A DNA stretch of 63,653 bases, filler included, from Vannella sp. (lineage: Eukaryota): assembly GCA_023345925.1 (NCBI GenBank). It is 6 parts of 6 records of this genome, joined end to end, with 100 filler letters (N's around TTAATTAATTAA, not from the genome) between each part and the next. Parts side by side here need not be neighbours in the genome. Positions count along the whole stretch, not along the records: positions 17,246 to 28,412 come from JAJQQN010000656.1; positions 28,513 to 40,298 come from JAJQQN010000383.1; 4 more parts are not named here. One strand, written 5' to 3'. The position numbers and the translations under genes are program-made. The notes beneath the pieces are model-generated. The model worked only from the letters and a program-made list of their open reading frames with translations, searched no databases and had not been told where the DNA came from. Shown piece after piece: positions 25,234 through 35,980 of the stretch. Position 1 is the first letter of the stretch; every line of letters starts with the position of its first letter.

Positions 25234-27070
25234 CTAATATGCTGTTGTTTTGCGCTTGGTAGAAGGAGAGGCGCGAATAGTGGCGTCGTCATCGATGGGA
25301 GGTTTGGAACACGCATTCCTCGCTTGAGAAGGAGTCCCAATCTTCCCATTGAGTGCTCCCTTGAAAGTGTTGCCAATGGAGGCACTTTCTACAACAATCG
25401 AGCCACTGCCAGGGAGAGAGGAATCCTGCTTTGGAGGATCGAATGTGCTGGTCAGCATCTCCAGAAGTCTGGCCTGGTCTGGGTCACAAGGGATGACTGA
25501 GGATTCAGATGGAGCAGTGGGTTCGCAGCAGTCATCAGCAGGGTCAGTAGGTTCAAAAAAGCCCTTCCCGTTGGTACTGTGATGCAATGTGCGACCCGAA
25601 TCGCCTCGCGGGGAGCGTGACTCCATCCCTACGGACTGTGTCTTCCTCAGTGAGTTAGGACGCCCCTTCCTCAAGTCTGAATCCTCAGAGCGAAGGCTTT
25701 CTGTGGAGAGAGGCGAAATGTCACTTTGCGAAAACTGCTCCAAATCAAAGTCCGGCTCCATACGACGGCGTACCACCTTCTTCGTGGGATACTTGGAAGC
25801 AACTGCATGTCTAACAGAGGCGCGCCCCTTCGCGGCCCGACGGCGAATGCAAATCGGCTTTTCAAAGATGGGCAATTCCACCAAGTTGTTTGGAGTCATC
25901 AGCTTGGGATCCTCCTTAAACTTTGCCCCAGCCTCCCTTTACCTTCTTGTGAGTCCTAGAATGGCACATTCCCGAGGACTTACAGCAAAGCAGTGGCGAG
26001 GATGTATGGACCATACAAGTCACATACAGAGAACTTGTTCTTGCCAATGCCAAAGCTGGATTGGAGGAATTGAATGACATTCCCTCCCAGAGTGTAGTCA
26101 AAAGGGTCCTCTTTGAGGTGCACGATGCACAGATATTCGTGCATCTTGGCTTGGCTCTCGGATGACAGCGGCTGAGAGCGGGGGACCCACCACATCTTAC
26201 TACCATGGAAGTGGTGGAAGCGCTCTACCATGCGGAAGAGCGTGATACCCTCTCGTGGCTCTTCGTGGTAGACATCGAGAAAGCCGTCCAAGTTTCGGCC
26301 CACTTCCAGCAAGTACAGCTCCAGCTCTTCTGTGTACTTGTTAGGGAGCTCCACGATCATGCCCACATGCGAGAAGAGCGAGTTGGTGGTCAATTGCACG
26401 CCGGCAGCGATCACTCCAGGTGCATTGAAGGCAATCAAGTCTCCCGCCTTCATCTTAGGGAGGACTGCTTTGTAGTTAAAGTCGTTTCCATACGCGGGCT
26501 CCATCTCTTTGGTCTCCATACTCGTGGAGAAGACCATGCTCACGTGAACCCGCCCGACAATCCCCTTCTTCGAGACCACATCGTGCCACCCGTCGATTAC
26601 ACGGTCCTTAGACATGGGCACTACAGTTCCTAGTGATACCTCTCCACTTTGTAGGCTTCAGTACATGGAAGGGGACCTCGAGAGGGGTCGAGAACTCACA
26701 TGAGAGTGTCAGAGAAGACAGAACTCGCGTCAAACACCTCAATGCGGACCATATCGATCTCACTGGGCTCACTAATACTTCGAGTAAGCCGAGAGGAAGT
26801 ATGTGAGCCTTGCAGTTGCCCTTACAAGTAGAACAGCTCGTTCCATTGAGGATGAGACGTCTTCTTCTGCACAGAAGACTTGACCGAGTGCCTCCCGCAC
26901 CAAACCTTACAGTAAGGACTCTTCTTAGCTATCCAGGCACCCAAATGTCAGAGGAATCGCGCTCTCTCCCGCCCTAGAAGCCTAACGGACCTGAACAAAC
27001 CTCCTCCCCCGCAATCACTGCACCCCAGCCTCCCCCGTGAGAACCAGCGCACTCCCTCATCTCCCGACAT
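25234..27070 (-). CDS. C2 domain + permuted papain-like (YiiX/YebB NlpC/P60) domain + disordered tail, multi-exon
   Basis: C2-like SPYCKVW..KKTSHPQWNELF..VRIEVFD..GRVHV; KAGDLIAF...SLFSHVGMIV...MTPNNL; start exon uncertain. Confidence 0.65.
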
Positions 27071-27097
27071 ACAATAGATCACAAGCTTGCGTGCGCA

Positions 27098-28129
27098 ATG
27101 GTCCCACACTTGCTCTGGTCGCAAACGGCGAGACTTCTTCAAAGAGGACGCCATCGCCCTCCCCTACAAGGCCAAATGGAGCTCAAAGGAGGTGCCATTC
27201 ACTTCCAGATGGGCTACGGGACGCATGGTGGACTCGTGCGGTGTTGGAACGCGAGTGTGAACGGAAGTGTGGAGGAAGTGTCGGTCCAGGCGCGTTCTTT
27301 GGACGAGTGCACCTTGCTAGTGTGTAGAGGAGAAGGTGCTTACACAGTGATCCCAATCTATGAGGGAGGGAAGGTGGCAGGGCGGTGGAAGGAGCATCTC
27401 GATCGGATGGAAGAGTCTTGCGCCTTACTGGGCATTCCAAACGCCTGTTTATTCACTCAGAGTGATGTTAACGAAGAACCTCTGTTTCGTTCGTTGTTAA
27501 GGATGTGTTGGAACCTCTCTGGCATGAAGAGTTCGCGTGTTCGCGTCACCTTCGATGCAGATTTGATGTCTCTCGACCTCCCCAGAATGCTCATTGCCAT
27601 GGAACCTTGGAAACCGTTCGATAGAGATCATTCATTGTACTCTGATGGGGTTGCAGTCGAGACACTCCCCCCAAACGAGGTGCGCAATGTCCCAAGAGCG
27701 AAGCACAATGGCTGGATCCTTCGTCGTGATGCCTTGATGAAAGACACTGGGCCAGATGTATACGAATCCCTCCTGACCATAACCTGTGAGTCAGGAGAGA
27801 CTGTGATCCTGGAGAGTGTGGGAAGTAACTTCTTTGCTCTTCATGATGAAAGGACTCTGATCGTCCCTGAAGATGGCATGCTCATTGGAATAGCCAGAGC
27901 TATTCTCTTGGAATCCGTTCGAGGGGAATACGAGGTGATCTTCAGGTGCCCCACGTTGAAAGAGACCACCGAATGCCGAGAGCTTTTTCTGTGCTCAGCA
28001 TCCCGAGGGCTTTTTCCGATTGTCAGGATGAATGACCAATCTGTTGGTGCTGGTCGACCAGGACCGTCATTCAAACGCTTGGATAAGCTTTACCGCAAGC
28101 AGCTGGAGAAGGAGCTGACACCTTTGTGA
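27098..28129 (+). CDS. PLP-dependent aminotransferase class IV (BCAT/D-AAT/ADC lyase fold)
   Basis: EHLDRMEES, PRAKH (PLP lysine), ESVGSNFF, LIGIAR, ELFLCSASRGLFPI, VGAGRPGP; true start probably further downstream. Confidence 0.88.
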   Translation: MVPHLLWSQTARLLQRGRHRPPLQGQMELKGGAIHFQMGYGTHGGLVRCWNASVNGSVEEVSVQARSLDECTLLVCRGEGAYTVIPIYEGGKVAGRWKEHLDRMEESCALLGIPNACLFTQSDVNEEPLFRSLLRMCWNLSGMKSSRVRVTFDADLMSLDLPRMLIAMEPWKPFDRDHSLYSDGVAVETLPPNEVRNVPRAKHNGWILRRDALMKDTGPDVYESLLTITCESGETVILESVGSNFFALHDERTLIVPEDGMLIGIARAILLESVRGEYEVIFRCPTLKETTECRELFLCSASRGLFPIVRMNDQSVGAGRPGPSFKRLDKLYRKQLEKELTPL

Positions 28130-28412
28130 AGTCAATCTCCCTTTGCAACCCAACCCTGCTGACCTTCTTGTGCTTAGCTCACTGATATCATCAAAAGAGT
28201 CTACTGGAGGTCAAAGGTATCACTATAAAGAGGTCCCATTCGTATCTGCGCTCCTTCGAAGAACAGGTAGAGGAGAGGAAGTTCGTTTAGATGTCTTCCT
28301 ACAAGCCTTGCTATAGAACAGAAAGAGAACCTCTCAAAGTGATGAAAGGCAGCTGTGACAATCGCCCAAAGTCGTTGTAAGAAGGAGAGGACGGGGGCAA
28401 CCAGCCTCCCAC

Positions 28413-28512
28413 NNNNNNNNNNNNNNNNNNNNNNNNNNNNNNNNNNNNNNNNNNNNTTAATTAATTAANNNNNNNNNNNNNNNNNNNNNNNNNNNNNNNN
28501 NNNNNNNNNNNN
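28413..28512. other. artificial contig linker
   Basis: N44-TTAATTAATTAA-N44. Confidence 0.98.
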
Positions 28513-28956
28513 GGGCGGATGTTGCTGTCTTCACGCTCATGGAATCGAGACCGTCACCAACAGCCTTGTCGCCAGTTCCCTTCTGGACTCCGCTGACACC
28601 TTCGGTGGCCTTCTTTGGGGCGTCTACGTCGTCGTGAGTAAGGCGAGTAAGTTGTTATCATTACTACTCACTCACGGCACTCTGGACCTTGAAGTCGTCG
28701 GCGACGGCAGTGGCGCTAGGCTTAGGGACACACTTGCTGCAGTAGACAGACCCCTGGAAAGCCTTGAAAGAGCTGACACTCAGAGTGACGTTGCACTCCT
28801 TGCCTACACAAAGAAAAGGACGGTCAATAGCTGTCATCGAAGAATAATTTTCAGCTTACAGCGGAAGCAAAGCTTGTGGAAGGTGTTATCAGCAGCAGAG
28901 TAGCTCTCCAAAGGGTAAGCAGTCTTTTGGCAAACGTAGCACTTGTTGGAAGGCAT
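28513..28956 (-). CDS. LIM-domain cytoskeletal protein (LimE/LASP-like), spliced, 3' truncated; missing from the ORF track
   Basis: MPSNKCYVCQKTAYPLE...FHKLCFR|CKECNVTL...VYCSKCVPKP read across GT..AG introns. Confidence 0.85.
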
Positions 28957-29065
28957 TGGGCAACGAGGGAGTGAGGAAAACGAGCGAGTTTGTCAATCCT
29001 TTTCCCAAAATATCTTATCACGTGTCACGACACAGATTCCGCCAATCACTGGTCCCATCTGTGTG

Positions 29066-29591
29066 ATGTCGTGCGAACTGTGTTGGGCTTCTTCTAGGAC
29101 TGTGTTGGGCTTCTTCTTTCTTCTGGCAGCCGTCCTCAATATGAACGACCCAGATCCGCTGTTGTGAGTTCCTTTGCGGTCCGTTTCGTGCTGCCCTGAT
29201 GGAGGGCAGGTGGGTGGTGTTGTATGGCTGTTCTGGGGTTGTTTGCTTGGTCTCTGTGTGGATTCTGGTTCCTTCTTGGATCATCATGCTTGTATGTCTG
29301 CAAGTGGTCATCATGATGGCGCAGACTCTCTCGTTCTTCCTCGCGCTCCAAAGCCTCCCTCTCACCCAGCTTCTTCACCATGAGCAGGGCAGAGAGTTAG
29401 GTGGCCAGATGATTACCCTATTTGCAATGCTCTACATAAGTCTGGGCCATCGGAAAGGGCCCGCTCTCTTGGAGATGACCGTCGCGGCTCTCTCTTTGGC
29501 TGCTTTATTGCTGGCTGTCGTTTCGCCAGGCATTCTCCATGACTCTACTATAGACTCTCATTGTAGTGGTACCATTTGGGCCTCCCACTAG
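29066..29591 (+). CDS. TMEM220-like small membrane protein, intron 29164-29209
   Basis: FFLLAAVLNMNDPDPLL|WVVLYG and EQGRELGGQMI resemble the TMEM220 NDPD and EGRE motifs. Confidence 0.7.
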
Positions 29592-29625
29592 ACCCACTGA
29601 ACCGCAGGGCACTGAGGGAGGCTCT

Positions 29626-31411
29626 TTATTTCTTGATCGGTAAAGAGACGATCTGGATGCTGTTGCGAGCCTCTGTTGTCCTCCACCAGCGGCCCAATCG
29701 ATGCTCTTGACCCACAGCAACAGCAAGGAAGTTACCAGCCTTGGGAGCGGCAATGCCATTGATGAAGCCCGCCTGGAAAGGAAGTGAGAAGAGGAAGAGC
29801 GGATAAAGGCCATTGGACTTACAATGGGGAGCTGGTGGACCCGAGACAGTGCTTGCTTGGTCTTAGAGAACTGCCAGAAGTTCAGGTGTCCATCTTGAGA
29901 CCCGGACACGGCCAGATCAGTGAAGGGGAGGGCACAGATGGAGGACACCCACGGGTTCTCCTTCCCATGGGCCCTCGCAAAGACAAAATTGGGCTTCTTG
30001 TGACCCGCATTCCACAGTGCGACAGATCTACACGCAAATGAGTCTCTTGCAGTTGGAAAGGATGAGAAGACGCACCCATCTTGCGATCCAGTGAGGAAGG
30101 ATTCCTCGTTGATCATTGAAATGCAGTCAATCGAGGCAGTGTGGCCTCTATAGAGCAACTGTGACTCTTCTACGATCTTCCAGATACGGCACGTATGGTC
30201 TACACCGCAAGAAATCGCTCTCTCCTTGTAAAGACTATCAATCCCCATCACCTCAGCTTGATGACCAAATCTACCGGCTGCGGTTAGGTCCCAGATCAAG
30301 ACAGAATGTCCGTCAACCTACAAACTCTCCGTATACATCATGGGATCGAGGTTCCAGGTCTTCACGTTTCGATCTTCCGATCCTGAGAACAGCTGGTACG
30401 AGTCCTTTCGGAAGGCTAAGCTCTGCATTGGGGAATAAGCTTGAGCTAGAGAGGGGCATATCGACTCACAGTGATGGCACCTTTGTGCCCGGAGAAGGAG
30501 TGAACAATCTCGTTGCTGTTCGTGTCCCAAATGCGAACCATCTTGTCTCGACCCCCGGTGGCGTAGAACTTATTGTCAGAGGTCACTGCGATGGCCAGAA
30601 CCTGTCAGAAGGTTCAGTTGAGTGCACATCCATACGAAGGAGAGGGTAAATGCCGTACTTGTCCGGTGTGGCCTTTGTTGGTCTTTGATCGTCGCCCTCC
30701 TCGAGTGACGAGCTTTGCGCCGGTTTCCACATCCCCTGGATCGTTCAGTCAGACAGGTTGAGCGATAGCGTAGCGTGAGGGTCCTACACTGGATGACAGA
30801 GCAATCTTTCGAACCTGAATAGGCCTTCGCCCCATCTTCACTGACCGCCACGCAAGTAGGCGGTAAATGGTGCCCCTTTAGAACCCGAATAACCCGAGGA
30901 GCATCTTCTCCGCTATCTTGAAGCTGTTTGAAACAGTAAGAAGAGGCCAACGACCGATCAAAATAGCCTTACCTGATGAGCTACCTCTCTAACGAGCCGG
31001 CCCTGAGCTTCCAGCTTGATCAAAGGTAAGTAAGAGAACATGGGATGGCTGCATGTTCCGTTGACCTACAGATTCATCCTGCAGCTTGCGGGAGACGCTG
31101 GCATCGTCGATCTTGTCATCGCTCTCCTGCTTGGAGAGCTTCTTCAGGTAGGTCTGGGCCAGACGCAGTCGCTTCTCTGCAGCGCTTTCTTTTTCTTCCT
31201 CTGAGTCCTCCTCCGAAACCCGAGCTTCCTCGTCGGAGCTGTACGTAAAGTCCACGTTCCGATCAAGGTCATCTTCACTCTCTTCCGTCGTTGTCTTCAC
31301 CCGCTTAGATCGAGGCCCTCGCACCTCCTTCACTGGTCGCCTTCGTTTACTCAGCTGCTGCAGCGTAGTAGACGGGTCTTCATCCTCCACGAAGAAGTCT
31401 TCGTTGTCCAT
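29626..31411 (-). CDS. RRP9: U3 snoRNP WD40 protein RRP9/U3-55K, multi-exon
   Basis: Acidic N-terminus with EKRLRLAQTYL, WD repeats, RIWKIVEESQL, C-terminal GQEHRLGRWW. Confidence 0.9.
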
Positions 31412-31612
31412 TGCCAGAGCCCAAGCAAAGATGAATGACCGAATTATTTAATTGCCCAACTTCCAAATGGCCTTCAAATTCATAAAGAAACGAGAAATTA
31501 AATGGCCAGCGAGCGGATTGATCAAAATGGACCATTTGTTGGTTGCTTGCTCTCTCGAGGTGATGGAAGAGAGGTTTATACACTTGGAGAGTGGCGGAAT
31601 GAGTCTCCCTTC

Positions 31613-33293
31613 TCAGAGAGGGTCTGATGGAGACTCTTCTTGCAATGGAGTGGCCTCTGGGATGTCGACTGCGGCTGGTCGGGTGGCTTTGTCATGAACA
31701 GAGAGGTCCTCGCTCGCGAGTGTTCTCGTAGCGCCCTCCTCTGTGGACGTGGTTGCGGAGGTGAGGAAGATGGACTCAAAGTGAGTGAGGAGGAAGCCAG
31801 TGATCTTGTTAATGAGTCCAATGTGCTGCCCAGAGAGGAACGGATCGGTAATGGAGTGGTCCCAAAGGATGTTCGGGCCAATGACAGTCGCCAAGTTGTC
31901 TGTGCTCATCCGGTTCTTCTCTTGATGCTGGCTCGTCTCTAATGCCAACCCCATGATGCACTCAAGGAGATTGTAATAGTCACGAGGCAGCGCCAGGATG
32001 AGTTGTCAGACTTCCGACACTTGCGGACAAGTTTCCCGGCTCATCAGCCCAATCCACTGGTGGTAGTTCTCTGATCCCGGTAGTGGAGAGGGCATATCAC
32101 GCAGGAACTTCTTGAGAAGGCCAGCGTACACGTGTGGCTTCAACTGCGGTCGGTCTTCCAAAGTACACCGAGTGAGATAGCTTCGGCCAATGTCGTCGGA
32201 GTGTTCGATGTCGTCCACTGCAATCTCTAAGTATGTGAGAGAGGGAGAGATGCGGAAGAGCCCGTCCTCTTCAAGGAAGCGTGTGCGAAGGTTGGAGCAG
32301 CAAACATCCACAAAGTAAGGCACTTTGTATGAGGCAAGGTCGAGGATGGCGCGTTGCTTCTCCATCAGTTGCTCAAGATCAGCTCCAAAGTATCTGCGAG
32401 GGATCTTACTCTCCTCCAGATCCTCTAGGGAGTCAATCACTTGAGATCCGCGAGTGAAGAGCGCCTTAAAGTCCGTGATGGAGCGCTTTCGAGAACTGCG
32501 AAGCGACAGCGACGAGATTCCATTCTTCTTCTTCTTCTTGGAGGGAGTAAGCGACTCGCGATGCTGCTTAGAGTGAGTGACAAGGCGGGAGAGTGAAGTT
32601 TGGACTTACTGTGAGCGAGCCGGCCTTGGGAGAGATCACTTCAGCTTCTACCGGGGCGGGCTCTTGCTCTGGGATTGCCAGGGTGTACATGGACATAGAA
32701 CGGCACATACCCGGTGAGGCTATGCTCTTAGGGCTGGTGATTTCGGGGTTAATGGGGATCTTTCGTGGCGTTCGCGGTGGCTCTGCGCCTTCTCTTCGCT
32801 TTCTGTCTGAGGATGGGAGGCGAATGCTACGGCGCTTGATGCTGGCGGACTTGGTTTGTATGTCCTCAGCCTTCTCTGGCACGACGACGGGAGTAGGGAG
32901 AGGAGAAGAGAGGAGGTTTTGAGGATAGCTGAAGGATGCGTTGGATTGGGCTCGTTTGGGTGAGAGGATGCCACCAAGAGATGTTCTTTGCTTCAGCTTG
33001 CGGGAGAGATCCTTGATGCGATTGGATCGCTTCAAAGGAGTCCGGACGGGAGAGTTGGGAAGGTTCTCTTTCGATTCTTCTTCTGGCGCAGTCCCTGGAG
33101 AGTAGAGCTTCTGTACGTGTTCTTCATCCAACAAGCGAAGCTTATTCGGCGACTCTTCATGTTGGTCTGTCAACTCCTGTACCAGCAGTCAGACCCACTT
33201 TCCCCACCTCATGCAAGAACGTACCGATCTTCCCCTTTTCCGAGGCCCTGACGGGGAGGAGATGCCCAATGGTTGAGGAAGCAACGTCGCCAT
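31613..33293 (-). CDS. RhoGAP-domain protein with disordered N-terminus, multi-exon
   Basis: YFGADLE, VPYFVDVC, EDGLFRIS, LLKKFLRDMPSPL, NRMSTDNLATVIGPNIL. Confidence 0.88.
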
Positions 33294-33851
33294 TGCTCTA
33301 CGATCTATTGGAAATGCCCCGACAACGACATCCCCAACGGTGTTTCCACTTTCCCGCCATTTTCGCTTTTGGCCAGTGGGGCAAGTTCTTCCCTTCTTGA
33401 TTGGTGGATTCCTTCTACCTTATCCTCATACTCGAAAGGGGCACTCCCCCTATCATACTGCATTAAGGAGTGCCCAAAAGCAGCTTCCTGCTTGGTATCT
33501 CTGGAGAACGGGCCATTTGAGGTGTGACCAAACATTGACCCAACGCGAATGGTCTCCAATGAAGTATACATCACATGTTGAATCATCCGTAGCGCCAAAC
33601 CCATCTGCAATCCAAACATCCGGTGGCAGACATCCGCCGAAATGGACGAATGTTGAAAGGTTTCAATGCAGTATTGTGATTGTCCCTCTCTTGAGGATGA
33701 TTGCCGGGACCTTTATCGGGTTTAGCAAGGCACCTGGTCTACGCTCATCTCACTGTTAGCAAATGAAGAAAAGAATGAGTTGGACTGGGAACAAGGAGAG
33801 GTTGCTGAAACCGGTTTCTGCGAGAATAGCAAAAAATCGGGTTTTGGAGGT

Positions 33852-35381
33852 TCACCGTTTGGTAAGGACATGATCTATCTGCTTCATGGAGTCACGCAGG
33901 GCGGAGTTGGTGAGTCCAGTCAGAGTTTGGAGGTTAAGGAAGGTTTCCCGAAGTTGCCGGAGCATCCCCAACTCGTACTCTCGTTGGAGACGGTTCGACT
34001 CGAGCTCAAAGTCCAGCTTGGATTGTTTAATCGCTCTCTGCGCCTCAACCAGTGGGGCACTTGCACCTTCCATCAGGTCTTCTTCCCCTTCCGAAGTGGA
34101 ATCGGCTCCAATCCGCTCCAAACTATTACTGAGCGAACGAGTTCCCGGGCCTGGGATCGACTCTGTTTGTGTGAAAGCTTTCTCCAAGCCCTCATTCACT
34201 GACAGTGCCTCGCTCAACTGCTTCCGAAGCAAGGAATCCGCCAAATCGTGCTGTTCAACAGCCTTTGCAAGAGACAGCTTCTCCGTCTCACTGTTCGTGA
34301 GTTTCACCTGATACTCTGAGACAGCTTCTTGTAACTCTGCACAAAGGAGACGGAGCCCCTCGAGCTCCTCACTCTGTTCAAGCCTTTCCTTCCGGAGGGC
34401 AGCATTGTCTTTCCCCAATCGCTGCACTTCGTCAATGGCATGCTGGTTCACCTGGGCCTGTCCAAGGTACTTTTGCTCGTTAACGTGAAGCTGCTTAAAG
34501 ATCTCCACTAGCTTGTCTTGAGTGTCCTCTTTGGCAGCTATAGCACTTTCCAAACTTAAGGTGAGAGCTGCGTTCTCGCGCATCAGGCATTCGATCTGCT
34601 CCTGTCGCTTGCGCTCTTCAGGATTGAAGAATGCTAACACTGTCTGGTCCCCTAGTTCACATGCCAGACCCTGAGCTGTTTGGTTCTGGTTGTCCTTTGC
34701 CGCGGTGTCGGCTCCCTACTCACACAGTGAGTTCCTTGAGACTCAGGAAGTATCTGTCACGTACGTGGTCGATCAAAAGGCCCATCAGGAGGCCGTGCTT
34801 GTTGGCTGTGGCAGCGTGAAGGGGAGTGAAGCCTGTCTCTGCACTCACAGTGTTAACAGAAGCCCCCCTTTCAATCAAGTACGCAGCACACTCAAAGCGA
34901 CCCGCCAGAGCGGCCCAGTAAAGCGGAGTTTCGTTGTTGTTGTCCTTTCGGTCCAACGCGTTGCCCTCCTGGCTCAGCTGCACGCTCTTCTCATCAAGTA
35001 GCTCTTGCAGTAGAAAGATCGCACCCGATTGAGCAGCCCAGTGAGCTGCAGTAGCTCCAGTGGAGTCACCCTTCCAAATGATGTCTGTCTGCTGCTCCTC
35101 TGGAAGAACGCGGATGTGCTGGAAGAGAACCCGCGTCATCTTGATCTGAAGGCCTTTGGACTCTCCCTTGTCATCGATCTCGGCAGCGTAATGAAGCAAG
35201 CCTGGTCCCCCTTCACCTGACAAGGCGCGCAAGGCCAAGTCCAACTCATAAATGCCCTTCTTCCCGTCACTACCACTCCCCTCGCGCTCTCCCCACTTCC
35301 TCTCACCTTCTCCTTCAACAAACTCTCCAATCCAGCCACATCCCCCACACTAACAGCTGCCAGTGTGTGATAAGCCTCCAT
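33852..35381 (-). CDS. ankyrin-repeat + coiled-coil protein, multi-exon
   Basis: GATAAHWAAQSG, NETPLYWAALAG, GFTPLHAAT followed by a long E/L/Q-rich heptad region; 3' end uncertain. Confidence 0.75.
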
Positions 35382-35980
35382 GCGCCTCGCTGTTTCCAAG
35401 CAGCAAAAAATTAAAGTCAGTGTTAAATTAATTAAACAAAAAATTAAGGCGCCAACCATGGTTGTACTGGTCTGATGCGTGAGGGATGAAACGAATTGGT
35501 CAGGATTGTACTCACGTTGAGGGAAAGCTTCGAAGGGACCTTCGTTCCATGAGCTTGGATTAGTGGGACTCCTGAAGTGTTAGTGGTAGGGATGGTGCGG
35601 TCAAGAAAGGCAACCAAGCGCATGTCCTTTGCGAACCCGAGAGCGCAAGCCCCTGCTGAGTTGATGCGTGAGTGTTGGTGAGATTTGTGGCGTCTCTGAA
35701 GGAGTTGGTTTAACTAAACAGGGTTGCAGAAGGATTAGGGTTCCCCTTAAGGATGGGTTTGGTACGTGACCTCACCCAAAGGAAAAGTTCAAGTTCATGG
35801 TTGCGACTCATCTGTACCAGCTCAACCTTTCCCACTCCCTCAACCTAGGTAGATCACCATGCACGAAGCGCAGCTATTCGGCTGAGCATGTCCACCTAAC
35901 TGAGGCAAACCTCCTCACGAAAATTTTCGTCAGAAACTTGGGAAATTAAAAGGACCGATGCATTTTGGGTCATCCTCAAC

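Noticed and set aside
33305..33759. Short ORFs between RhoGAP and the ankyrin gene
   Set aside because: No motif or convincing splice link; treated as intergenic/UTR
35468..35500. Hammerhead-like CTGATG...GAAAC
   Set aside because: Core reads CUGAUGC rather than CUGANGA, and flanking stems are not evident
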